Shown here in pieces: positions 51,545 to 61,328 of a stretch of 64,000 bases of DNA. The notes below the pieces were generated by a model. It was not told where the DNA came from, did no database searches, and saw only the letters and a program-made list of their open reading frames with translations. Origin of the DNA: Methanomassiliicoccaceae archaeon (GTDB taxonomy: Archaea; Thermoplasmatota; Thermoplasmata; Methanomassiliicoccales; Methanomassiliicoccaceae); assembly GCA_963728405.1 (NCBI GenBank), contig CAVSJV010000002.1, positions 192,001-256,000 of the forward strand. The letters run 5' to 3'. The position numbers and the translations under genes are program-made. The stretch's first letter is position 1. Every line of letters begins with the position of its first letter.

Positions 51545-51601
51545 TGGCACAGGGGGAGGATCTTGAACCTAGGACCACTAAAGGTGGGATCCCCATGTCC
51601 T
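51545..51601 (-). repeat. Degenerate copy of the tRNA-Leu 3' half (att-like scar 2)
   Basis: tggcacagggggaggatcttgaacc-taggaccactaaaggtgggatccccatgtcct aligns to 54047-54103. Confidence 0.75.
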
Positions 51602-51767
51602 CGAAAGAGGAAATGGCCACCCATCGTACTCCTCTCCGGAGCCTTACGGCGGTCATCTCAAGTATTTGACGGACTCTCGGGCGGTGGTCCCCCCCTCGCT
51701 TGAGAGAGCATGGCCAGGAGAAACATGCTCCTTTACCTGCACCTTGCTTACTTCAATGCTCAGGGGG

Positions 51768-51941
51768 TCATTTGCTCGAGCGACGATTCTCTGCGGCCAA
51801 GCTGAGGGCCAACACTATCCCGATGAAGATCAAGAGAAGATAGATGGGCGAATCATAAAGATAGAACAAGAACCCGCCGACTATCATTACTACTGAAAGA
51901 ATGGTCAGACTAATCGTCCTGACCACGGAGGGATTCACCAC
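51768..51941 (-). CDS. Small 2-TM membrane protein, 57 aa (missed by the ORF track)
   Basis: MVNPSVVRTISLTILSVVMIVGGFLFYLYDSPIYLLLIFIGIVLALSLAAENRRSSK*. Confidence 0.6.
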   Translation of the reverse strand: MVNPSVVRTISLTILSVVMIVGGFLFYLYDSPIYLLLIFIGIVLALSLAAENRRSSK

Positions 51942-52189
51942 GGTCTTAAAAATTGAGCTATTGGAGTATATTTCATTCGCTCACCTTTATGTATACCAAA
52001 ACACGAATTTGTCTCTCAAAGTAGTGATTGCCCTATGGGTGAGGGACTGCGAAAATACGCTCACACAAGACTTAGGTCGAAAAATAATACTAAATGTTTA
52101 TGGGGTCGATCTGAGCAGGTGGATCGGTAAATCACTCGGAGGCTCAGTTTCCAGGTGGTTCTTCGATCATCTGTCGCAGTGTCATCATC

Positions 52190-52507
52190 TCAAGCGAAGA
52201 TCACTGCCATTACTGGACCATGGACTTCCTGGTTCATCAGTTGAGGCGGTTCGGTCGCAATGGACTGAAGCTTCTTGGAGACCTTCTGATAGATACCTTT
52301 CTGAGAAGCATTCATTGTATTTTCCGAGTCCCACAAGGCAATGAATGTCGCAGTGTTCGGGTCGTCCATGGACTGGAGAGTGAGCATTCCTCTGAAGCCC
52401 TCCGTCTTCCTAATCTCTTCCATGAAGCCCTCTACGGTCTCAACCGCTTCTGCTCTTTTCCCGGGCTTGAACTTCCATATGGTCATCCTTGCGTGTACCA
52501 TGGCCAT
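52190..52507 (-). CDS. Antibiotic biosynthesis monooxygenase (ABM) domain protein
   Basis: ARMTIWKFKPGK, EGFRG, ALWDSE. Confidence 0.8.
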   Translation of the reverse strand: MAMVHARMTIWKFKPGKRAEAVETVEGFMEEIRKTEGFRGMLTLQSMDDPNTATFIALWDSENTMNASQKGIYQKVSKKLQSIATEPPQLMNQEVHGPVMAVIFA

Positions 52508-52689
52508 CTCCAGTTGAAAAGATGTAGAATCGATGGATTAAATATCTTTCCTGATGTGACGGCGCCATCGATCCATCGCCTTAATGGCAAACCGGAGAAG
52601 GAAGCGCATCAAAGATAAGAATGATCGATGAGCATCCTCGAATGGAAGTGTCCAGAAAGCTCTGCGGTGTACTAATTTAAAGAACTAGT

Positions 52690-52738
52690 TGGCGCAGGGG
52701 AAGGGATTTGGACCACCAAGAATGGGATCCCATATTCT
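52690..52738 (-). repeat. Degenerate copy of the tRNA-Leu 3' half (att-like scar 1)
   Basis: tggcgcaggggaagggatttg[8-nt deletion]gaccaccaagaatgggatcc aligns to the 3' half of the tRNA. Confidence 0.85.
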
Positions 52739-52851
52739 CAAAAGAGATATCTGGCCCCATCATCTGTCTCTTCCGCCGCTCTTTCGCTGAGCTCAATCGT
52801 TTAACGCCGTTCTTGGTCCGGTGAACGCTCCATCCCCTGCCTGCTTCTAAC

Positions 52852-53919
52852 CTACTTGTACCGCAGTATGCCTCCCACCTTAATCGTCGACACGAACATC
52901 CCCCCCAGTTCACTCTCGTCGTTGACGACCAAGACCTCGGTGCGGTAGCTCTCGGCCGTCTCCGAGATTTCCTCGATGTCCTTCAGCTCTAGTGCGTCGC
53001 TGACGATAACCACGTCTACCTGACCCCGTCTCAACAGTTCCGCAGTCTTTTCGAGACCCCATACTGCCAGGCCGTCCCTTCCTAGCTCGGCCCAGAACCG
53101 GTCCAGCACCTCTTTCTCGTGGTGGTACTCACAATTCGCCAGCAAGCCTTTTGCCGCATTCATTGCCTCTCGAAGTCCGTTCTCATCGGTATAACCGACG
53201 TCGACAACCCCGATCACCTTTTTGCGTAGCTCGTGATGAAGGTAATTACCAGCCATGAAGTCATCCTTGGTCATGGCCGGGCCGCCGACGATGATACCCC
53301 TCAGACCCTGATCCAGAAAGGCCTCGGTGCACCGGTCCGATATTCTCTTGAAATACGCGTTAATGGCGTCGTCCCTTAGCCGCTCGAACCTTAGGCTAGA
53401 CATGCCTCCGTGGTGGTGCTTGTTGGGAACCCGCGACTCGATTTGGGTATACGCCTTGATGACGGTTCCGGTGACGTAACCGAGGGTGGCCTCGGCCAGG
53501 TCTAGGACCAGGATGCCGTAAGTATCACGGGTTTCGGTCATCAGATAGAGTGGATCGAGGAAAAACTCGCTGTCGCACCTGTAGACGAAATCGGAGAGCG
53601 GCATAGGCGGCTCTATCACCTGGCGGTGGAGGCGGTCATCGACCTCGCCGAACAGTAGCACTAGGCCGTTGCCCGGAGCGATCTTACCCAGGCTAGTCAA
53701 CTGGGATAGGAGCGATGAGATAGCTGTCTGAATGTTCTTGCCAAGGAGCTGGGACTCGCTCCCCTTGGCCTCCGAGTAGTGGTCCTGGAGATAGACACGG
53801 ACATCGCTGATGGGCTTGCCGGGCGGGATGTACAACGAGATCAGTTGGGCTCTGTCCGCCTTGATGCTCCGGGCATGGTCCAATCGCTTCTTGAACAAGG
53901 GTGCGTTCATCCAATACAC
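52852..53919 (-). CDS. Divergent peptide chain release factor aRF1 paralog (GGQ replaced by GGM)
   Basis: LISLYIPP, NGLV, IEPP...YRCDSEFFLDPL, YGILVLD, VPNKHHHGGMSSLRFERL, GGP...K, YLHHEL, GYTDENGLRE, GGILRY. Confidence 0.9.
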   Translation of the reverse strand: MYWMNAPLFKKRLDHARSIKADRAQLISLYIPPGKPISDVRVYLQDHYSEAKGSESQLLGKNIQTAISSLLSQLTSLGKIAPGNGLVLLFGEVDDRLHRQVIEPPMPLSDFVYRCDSEFFLDPLYLMTETRDTYGILVLDLAEATLGYVTGTVIKAYTQIESRVPNKHHHGGMSSLRFERLRDDAINAYFKRISDRCTEAFLDQGLRGIIVGGPAMTKDDFMAGNYLHHELRKKVIGVVDVGYTDENGLREAMNAAKGLLANCEYHHEKEVLDRFWAELGRDGLAVWGLEKTAELLRRGQVDVVIVSDALELKDIEEISETAESYRTEVLVVNDESELGGMFVSTIKVGGILRYK

Positions 53920-54046
53920 CTACAATCGATCAATGGGCATTGAATATGAAACAGTTAACAATATACTCAAGCGTTATTGTTATGCCCCCTAAGCTGGCAA
54001 TACGCCTCTGATAAAGAAATAATCCGTAACGAATGGATACGCATGA

Positions 54047-54133
54047 TGGTGCAGGGGAAGGGATTTGAACCCTTGGACCACTAAGGATAGGATCCTAAGT
54101 CCTACGCCGTTGGCCAAGCTTGGCTACCCCTGC
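54047..54133 (-). tRNA. tRNA-Leu (anticodon TAG) with encoded CCA
   Basis: GCAGGGG...TAGGA-CTTAGGA-TCCTA...long variable arm...GGTTCAAATCC...CCCCTGC-ACCA; 87 nt. Confidence 0.95.
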
Positions 54134-54160
54134 TTCTGGCCACCTAACGACTAATTATTC

Positions 54161-54614
54161 TTAATTCTTTTCCTCGATCCGGACGGCCCGTTCCAGCTCC
54201 GACTGCAGATATTTCCTCATCACTTCCATGGCGTTCTCCCTGGACTGGGGATAGGATTTCACCTTGCCGCGTATGGCGATGACGTCCTCACCGTCGGCCA
54301 TCTTGAACTGCCGGAGGAATGCTTCCTGCTTGCCCAACCTTAGGAAGAAGAACGATTCTTCGTCCAACCTACGGTCCAGGGAGTCCAGCAGCTGCGAAAG
54401 GTCCTCCCTGCTCAACGAACGGAACAATGCCTTGATACTCTTGGCATCGGTGACCTTCACCTCCATAACAATGATGGGGTTGCCATGGTAGCCGGTGCTG
54501 CTGCTCTGCTTTATCTCCTCGGCCCCAGAAACGAACTTCAGAGCCTGCTCGACCCGGTTGGGGTCCTCGGTGGCGTGAGCGAACTGTCCGGAAGGCCAGA
54601 TTGGCGATGTCCAT
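54161..54614 (-). CDS. Archaeal RNA-binding protein (DUF54 family); frameshift near 54585
   Basis: FAHATEDP.RV, GYHGNPI, FFLRLGKQEA. Confidence 0.85.
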
Positions 54615-54754
54615 GTTCGTTGATATGTCGCAGGGATAATTATGTTTTTCCGCAGGCTAAAATTAATTCCATTAGTTTAAATAATGCTGGCTCAACTTTT
54701 GAGGTTTCTTTGAGGACGGAGAGAAATGGGGAAGCAATACGAGGTCCGGGCAGT

Positions 54755-55306
54755 ATGATCGAGGTTCGATTCCATGGTAGGGGCGGACAGGGCGCTGTGA
54801 TCGCCTCAGAGATATTGGCAAGGGCTGCGGTAAAGGAAGGCATGTACGCTTCGGCCTTCCCGTTCTTCGGGGTCGAGCGCCGTGGAGCCCCGGTCATGGC
54901 GTTCTGTCGTATCGATGACCGACCGATCCGCATACATGCAGGGATCTACGACCCCGACCATGTGGTCATCCTGGACCAGGGGCTGATCAAACTGGTCGAT
55001 GTTCTCCAAGGGCATCGAAAGAACGGATCCATCGTGGTCAACACCGCAAAGACGCTCACCGAGCTTGGGCTGTCCCTCGACCGCCGCCAGGTTCTGGTCG
55101 ATGCCACATCGATCGCGTTGCGCCGAGGATTGGGCAGCGAGACCGCCCCGATCGTCAATACCGCCATTCTGGGGGCGTTCGCCCGGGCCTGCTCCAAGGT
55201 CTCGATCGATGCGATTCTAGAAAGCATCAAGGAGTCGGTGCCAGCAAAGCCCGAACAGAACGTGGCAGCAGCTCAGGACGCCTACCAACAATGGGAGTGG
55301 TTGTGA
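54755..55306 (+). CDS. porC: 2-oxoacid (pyruvate/ketoisovalerate):ferredoxin oxidoreductase gamma subunit
   Basis: EVRFHGRGGQGAV, FPFFGVERRGAPV, NTAILGA. Confidence 0.9.
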   Translation: MIEVRFHGRGGQGAVIASEILARAAVKEGMYASAFPFFGVERRGAPVMAFCRIDDRPIRIHAGIYDPDHVVILDQGLIKLVDVLQGHRKNGSIVVNTAKTLTELGLSLDRRQVLVDATSIALRRGLGSETAPIVNTAILGAFARACSKVSIDAILESIKESVPAKPEQNVAAAQDAYQQWEWL

Positions 55307-55582
55307 TGTTCAGGACAGTATCACGACCTGCCTTCCGTTCCGGTGACCTCTCAGAGCACCGAAGACGTTATTACCGGGACGTGGAGGACCATCCGGCCGG
55401 TACTGGATGGGGACAAGTGCATTCGTTGCTACATCTGCTGGAAGTACTGCCCCGACCTGAGCATCAAGGTCGAGGAGGAGGGCGCCTATCCAGAGATCGA
55501 TTACGATCATTGCAAGGGCTGCGGCATCTGTTCGAACGAATGCCCCAAGGGAGCGATCCGAATGGAAAGGGAGCAGCTATGA
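55306..55582 (+). CDS. porD: 2-oxoacid oxidoreductase delta subunit (2x[4Fe-4S]); probable indel just after the ATG
   Basis: TGTWRTIRPV, CIRCYICWKYCPD, DYDHCKGCGICSNECP. Confidence 0.88.
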
Positions 55583-56760
55583 TCGACATGATGACCGCGA
55601 ACTATGCCGCGGCCTACGCGGCCAAGCTCGCCAGGATTGACGTCGCCGCGGTATATCCCATCACCCCGCAGACATCTATATCAGAAAAACTGGCCGAGAT
55701 GGTGCAAAAAGGGGAACTGGATGCCAAGTACATGCTCATGGAGAGCGAGCATTCCGCGATGTCGGCGCTCATTGGCGCGTCGTACGTCGGCGCCAGGACC
55801 TTCACCGCCACCTCTTCGCAGGGTCTTGCGTTGATGCATGAAATGCTCATGTGGGCGGTGGGAGCGAGGACGCCGATCGTCATGCCGGTGGCCGCAAGGG
55901 CCATCGGGGGGCCTTGGAACATCTGGGGAGAGCATCAGGACGTCATCACCGAGCGGGACACCGGCTGGATGCAAATATTCTGTGAGAATAACCAGGAGGT
56001 CCTGGACACCGTGCTCATGGCCTATCGGGTGGCCGAGGACCGCCGGGTGATGCTGCCGGCGATGGTCATTGAGGATGGGTTCATACTGTCCCATACGGTC
56101 GATAGCGTCGATGTACCATCGCAGGAGGAAGTAGACCGGTACCTACCGCCATTCCGTCCCGAGTACCCCATCGATGTTGAACGACCGATCCGTCATGGAG
56201 GGCTGGTCATGCCAGATTGGTGGACGGAGTTCCGTTATCGTATCTACCTCGACCAGGAGAATGCCCGCACCAAGATATTGGAGGCTGAGAAGGAGTTCCA
56301 GAAGGCCTTCGGCAGGAGCTACGGCGGCATGATGGAATACTACCAGTGCGACGATGCTGCCGTCATCCTGATCGTGGCCGGGTCGGCCGCCGGGACGGCC
56401 AAGGAGGTCGTCGACACGCTGAGGTCCCAGGGCAAGAGGGTCGGAGTGGCCAAGCTACGGGTCTTCCGCCCCTTCCCGACAGAGGAATTGCGTCTGCTGG
56501 CATCGATGTCCCATACTATTGGAGTATTTGATCGGAGCTATACCTTCGGGGACGGCGGTGCCATGTTCAACGAGGTCCGTTCCGCACTGCAGGGGCATGA
56601 GGTGATCATCAAGGATTATGTCGGAGGCCTGGGCGGCAGGGATGTGACAGTGAAGAACATTGAATGGATCTTCGAGGACCTGCTCAAGATATCGAAGGGC
56701 GGTAGGGTTGACCGCCCCATAGAATGGGTCGGGTTGAAGGACGGGACCGGGAGGTGGTAG
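55579..56760 (+). CDS. porA: 2-oxoacid oxidoreductase alpha subunit
   Basis: YPITPQT, ESEHSAMS, TATSSQGL, LRVFRPFP, GLGGRD. Confidence 0.9.
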   Translation: MIDMMTANYAAAYAAKLARIDVAAVYPITPQTSISEKLAEMVQKGELDAKYMLMESEHSAMSALIGASYVGARTFTATSSQGLALMHEMLMWAVGARTPIVMPVAARAIGGPWNIWGEHQDVITERDTGWMQIFCENNQEVLDTVLMAYRVAEDRRVMLPAMVIEDGFILSHTVDSVDVPSQEEVDRYLPPFRPEYPIDVERPIRHGGLVMPDWWTEFRYRIYLDQENARTKILEAEKEFQKAFGRSYGGMMEYYQCDDAAVILIVAGSAAGTAKEVVDTLRSQGKRVGVAKLRVFRPFPTEELRLLASMSHTIGVFDRSYTFGDGGAMFNEVRSALQGHEVIIKDYVGGLGGRDVTVKNIEWIFEDLLKISKGGRVDRPIEWVGLKDGTGRW

Positions 56761-56761
56761 G

Positions 56762-57679
56762 ATGGACGATGATGCAGCACAGAGGAACTTTAAGTTCACT
56801 ATCCCGAAGGAAGAGCTGATGGCGCCAGGACACAGTGGATGCCCCGGTTGCGGTGAGCCTTTGGCCCTACGCTACCTCCTCAAGGCCCTGGGGCCAAGAA
56901 CGATCGTCAATGTGCCGGCAGGGTGTTGTGCGGTCATACCGGGCGTATGGCCACGCTACTCGCTCAAAGTGCCCTTGGTCGACCATGCCTTCGAGTGCAC
57001 CGCGGCCGTGTCGTCAGGAATCAAGGCCGCGCTGGAGCAGAAAGGCCTTGATGACATCACGGTGGTGGGATGGGCCGGGGACGGGGGGACTGTCGATATC
57101 GGTCTGCAATCCCTGTCCGGGGCGGTCGACCGCCAGACCGATTTTCTCTACGTCATGTACGACAACGAGGCGTACATGAACACTGGTATCCAGTGCAGCG
57201 GCTCAACGCCCTGCGGAGCGTGGACCACCACCACCCCGGGAGGAAAGGGCATCGACCAGCGTCAGGGAAAGAAGCGTATCATGGATATGCTGATCGCCAA
57301 TGGTATCGCCTACGGCGCGACAGTGAACGTGGCCTACCCGGAGAACTTCATCGAGACGGTCCGTCAGGCCAAGGCGATAAAGGGTCCGAAGTTCATTCAT
57401 GCATACTCTCCGTGCCCCTCGGGCTGGAGGATGGACCCCCGACGATCGATCGAGGTCTCTCGCCTGGCCACTCAGACCGGGGTCTTTCCATTATACGAAT
57501 ATCGTGATGGGGTCCACAGATTCACCAAAGAGATTAAGAAGAGGAAGCCGGTTGAAGAATATCTTCGCCTCCAGGGGCGGTTCAGGCATCTGACCCCCGC
57601 TGACGTGGCCGAGGTCCAAAAGCTCATCGACCTTGAGGGTGAGGAGCTGGAGGCCAAGGTGAGGGCGAGTAGAAGGTGA
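56762..57679 (+). CDS. porB: 2-oxoacid oxidoreductase beta subunit (TPP-binding)
   Basis: GCPGCG, GDGGTVDIG, DNEAYMNTGIQ, SPCPSGW, YLRLQGRF. Confidence 0.9.
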   Translation: MDDDAAQRNFKFTIPKEELMAPGHSGCPGCGEPLALRYLLKALGPRTIVNVPAGCCAVIPGVWPRYSLKVPLVDHAFECTAAVSSGIKAALEQKGLDDITVVGWAGDGGTVDIGLQSLSGAVDRQTDFLYVMYDNEAYMNTGIQCSGSTPCGAWTTTTPGGKGIDQRQGKKRIMDMLIANGIAYGATVNVAYPENFIETVRQAKAIKGPKFIHAYSPCPSGWRMDPRRSIEVSRLATQTGVFPLYEYRDGVHRFTKEIKKRKPVEEYLRLQGRFRHLTPADVAEVQKLIDLEGEELEAKVRASRR

Positions 57680-57683
57680 CCGG

Positions 57684-59499
57684 TTGGACAAGTTGTTGGC
57701 GGATAGCGGCAGGCTCCTATTACTGGGTAATGAGGCGATCGCAAGAGGTCTGATCGAGGCCGGAGTGGGCCTGGCGGCCACCTATCCGGGGACGCCGTCC
57801 TCGGAAGTGGGCGGTATCCTGGAGGACATAGCCTCTCAGGCCGGCATGTACTTCGAGTACTCCACCAACGAAAAGGTGGCCATGGAAGTGGCCGGTGCCG
57901 CGGCCGCATCGGGCGTTCGCTCCTTTGCCTTTATGAAGCATGTCGGATTGAACGTCGCCAGCGATGCGTTCATGACCTTATCCTACACCGGGGTTCGGGC
58001 CGGCATGGTGATCATGTCCGCCGACGATCCCTCCTGTCACTCGTCCCAGAACGAGCAGGACAATCGGTTCTACGCCAAGCTTGGCCTATTCCCCATGGTG
58101 GAGCCCTCCACCCCTACCGAAGCAAGGGACATGCTAGTGGAGGCCTTCCGGATCTCTGAGCTCCTGGGAACCCCTGTCCTATTCCGAACGACCACCCGTG
58201 TGAACCATGCCCGGGGGGTGGTGGACCTGAACAAGGCGCCCGCTCCGCTGCGAAAGGGCAAGTTCGAAAAGGACCCTCAGCGTTTTGTCACTGTACCCGC
58301 GCATGCCAGGCTGGGCCGTATCGAGCAGCTGAAGCGGATGGAGCGTGCACTGAAACTGTCTGAGGGCTCACCCCTGAACTTCATAGTGGGCAGCTCGCGG
58401 GTGGGGGTGATCACCAGTGGGGTCACCTATACCTATGCAAGGGAGTGGCTCGAGGACTGTGGAGATCCTCAAGCTGGGCTTCACCAATCCAGTGCCTGAA
58501 GAAAAGATCCGCAAGTTCCTCGAGGGCAAACAGCGCGTGGTCGTCCTGGAGGAACTGGAGCCCTACCTGGAGGACGAGGTACGGCGCATCGCCCAGCAGA
58601 GCAATATTGCGGTGGAGATCCTCGGCAAGAGGACCGGGCATCTGCCCCGGGCGTTCGAATACTCTCCGGACCTCATACTCGGCCTGGGCTCGATCCTGAA
58701 GGTAACGCCGGAGAAGGAGCCCTTGCCCGCGGCCACGCTCAAGTTACCGTCCCGACCGCCGGTGCTGTGCGCCGGGTGCCCCCACCGGGCCACATATTAT
58801 GCGGTAAAGAAGGCGGTCGGTAAGGAGGGGGCGATCTACTCCACCGATATCGGCTGCTATACTCTGGGCGTCCAGCAACCTATGCAGTGCGCCGACTTTG
58901 TCCTGTGCATGGGCTCATCGGTCGGAGCGGCCGGGGGATTCTCGGAGGCCACGGAGCAGAAGGTTGTCGCTTTCATCGGCGACTCGACCTTCTTCCATGG
59001 CGGCATTCCCGGGCTGATCAATGCGGCATACAACAAACACAACTATACCCTGGTCATCCTCGACAACCGCACCACCGCCATGACTGGCCATCAGCCCAAC
59101 CCTGGCATCGGCAGGGAGTATGGCGGCGTGGAGTCCCCCGGCCTAAAGATCGAGCCACTGGTCCGCGCCTGCGGCGTGGAGTTCGTCCGTACCGTCGATC
59201 CGTATGACATCAAAGCCGCTGTGCAGGTGATGAAGGAGGCGGTCGATCATGATGGGCTTTCGGTGGTCATCTCCGAGCATGCCTGCCCGCTTTTGAAGAA
59301 GAAGGAAGGAAAGCTGGCCCCCAGCATCTACAAGATCGATCAGAAGAAATGCGTTCGCTGCTATACCTGCGTTTCCAAGTTCTCCTGCCCCGCCCTGAGC
59401 AAGGACGAAGGGGTGGTGAGCATCGACCTATCGCTGTGCATCGGATGCGGAGGCTGTGCGCAGGTGTGTCCCAAGCAAGCTATAGAGGTGGTCCAGTGA
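57684..59499 (+). CDS. iorA: Indolepyruvate:ferredoxin oxidoreductase alpha subunit; frameshift near 58455
   Basis: LGNEAIARG, YPGTPSSE, MKHVGLNVA, SSQNEQD; RPPVLCAGCPHR, IGDSTFFH, DNRTTAMTGHQP, two ferredoxin motifs. Confidence 0.92.
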
Positions 59500-60101
59500 A
59501 GTATAACATTCAATTGGTGGGCGTGGGCGGTCAGGGTGTGCTCCTGGCGTCCACGGTGCTCGGCAATGCCGCGGTGGCGGAAGGTCTTGAGGTGGCGATG
59601 TCCGAGGTGCACGGTATGGCCCAGCGGGGTGGCAGCGTGCTGTGCTCGGTGCGGATGGGCCAGGGCATATTCAGCCCCCTGATACCCAAGGGCGGGGCGG
59701 ACCTTCTGCTCGGTTTCGAACCAGTGGAGACCTGCCGCGCACTGACCACGGTCAACAAGTCAAGCTGCATCGTCACCAATCTGACCCCGATCGTTCCTAT
59801 CACTGTATCGGCGGGACAGGAGACCTACCCGAAGGTCGAGGAGATCCTTGGGGCGTTGAGATCGGTCAGTGAAAATGTCATCGCCATCGACGCCACGGCC
59901 AAGGCGATCGAGGCCGGGCGGGCCATCACCGCCAACTCGGTGCTCATCGGCACTATCTCCGCGGTCAAGGGCTTCCCACTGTCCAAGGAGAGGATGCTCA
60001 ACACCTTGCTCGAGGTAGTGCCGGCTAAGGCCCGGGACATCAACATGAGGGCATTCGAACTGGGTTACCGGGCGGTCACGGGTTCCCCAGTTCCTGATTG
60101 A
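59496..60101 (+). CDS. iorB: Indolepyruvate:ferredoxin oxidoreductase beta subunit
   Basis: GVGGQG, SEVHGMAQRGGSV, NMRAFELG. Confidence 0.92.
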   Translation: MKYNIQLVGVGGQGVLLASTVLGNAAVAEGLEVAMSEVHGMAQRGGSVLCSVRMGQGIFSPLIPKGGADLLLGFEPVETCRALTTVNKSSCIVTNLTPIVPITVSAGQETYPKVEEILGALRSVSENVIAIDATAKAIEAGRAITANSVLIGTISAVKGFPLSKERMLNTLLEVVPAKARDINMRAFELGYRAVTGSPVPD

Positions 60102-60134
60102 TCGATCCTAAAACCTCTCGGATCGTACATGGGC

Positions 60135-61234
60135 CTAGGCGATCGGAGCTATCAGCTGCTTCCCGTAGCCGATCAGCACCTTACCGTAACCTCGAAGCTC
60201 TTCGTCCAGCTCACCGCTTCCGGTGTCGACGTGCAGCGTTTTGGTCTCCTGCATCTTGAACGGGGTGGCGAGGATGACGATATTGCGGATCCCGATTTTC
60301 TCAATGACCCGGGGCGATATCTGCTGATTCCCTCGCCCGAAGATGAATCCCTGGGCACCGATAGGCGAGACGACGATCCTTGCTTCCTGGTAGACGTTCA
60401 GCGCGAATAGGATGGCCTCCTCGTCCATGTCCTTGCCGATGAGGTGGCCGTCCACCACGAGGTCGACCCCCAGCAGTGTTTTGGCGATCCCGAGCTTCTT
60501 GCCTACCGCCTCGATGGTAGTTCCAGGGCCGAGGACATATAGCATCCCCGGATGCATGTGCTCGACGAAGTAGGTGGCGATCGCCTCCTTATGATCGTCC
60601 TCAGAACCGCCGCCCAGGGCCATCTTGAACGGCTGCATCAACTTCGGCTCCTCCGGAGTTAGCATATAGCCGTACAGGGACGCGCTTATCCTCCCTTGCC
60701 GGACCTCCTCCTCATCGATGTCCATGACCTCGGTGCGTTGCGACGGCAGATCCTCGACCCTACTCGTTTCAGAAGTATGCCAGCGTCGTGGGGCGTGTTA
60801 GCGAAGACCCCTGAATGCATCTTGACCCCGGATGGGATCCCGATGACCGGTACCTGCTCATCGACCGCGTCCATTACGTCGCGGGCAGTACCGTCCCCAC
60901 CGGTGAACAACAGAATATCGATCCCCGCCTCGAGCAGCGCAGCGCAGGCACCTCTAGTGTCCCGATCGGAGGTGTTCTCGGGGGTAGCGTAGACAACTGT
61001 AACCTTATCGGTCCTGGTCCGTAGGACGTCCTCCCCCATCACACCCCCAGCGGTGAAGAACTCGTAGCCCTCCAGGTCGCCGGCGGCTTGGAGGGCCATT
61101 AACGCTCGCCCCTGTGCGATAGGCCGGGCGCCCCGTTTGGCCGCTTCTTCCAGTATGGCGGGTGTGTCCGTCCCCTTCAACCCGACCGCTCCGCCCATGC
61201 CTGAGATGGGATTGATGATCAGCCCAACGCGCAC
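60135..61234 (-). CDS. ATP-NAD kinase family protein; frameshift near 60760
   Basis: INPISGMGGAVGLKGTD, GGDGTARD, GIPSGVKMHSGVF; GPGTT, TLLGVD, GFIFGRGNQQ. Confidence 0.88.
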
Positions 61235-61328
61235 GGCGATATAATGGATGGGCCGATAATAAAACAGTTGGAAAACTAGGGAAGTGGAGGGGGGCGGGGG
61301 GTCTTGCCTCCGCGCCCTTTCCCTCTTT

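Larger units (their letters stand above)
51545..54133. mobile_element. Decayed tRNA-Leu-integrated island(s); no integrase visible
   Basis: Two direct-repeat tRNA 3' fragments on the 3' side of the intact tRNA, separated by small cargo genes. Confidence 0.55.

Noticed and set aside
54047-54133. tRNA with a TAG triplet as a possible amber suppressor or tRNA-Pyl
   Set aside because: TAG is the anticodon, which reads CUA/CUN Leu codons; a suppressor needs anticodon CUA, and the long variable arm fits tRNA-Leu
55291-55578. N-terminal extension of PorA in the ORF track (489 aa)
   Set aside because: It is the off-frame reading of porD; the PorA family N-terminus begins at ATG 55579
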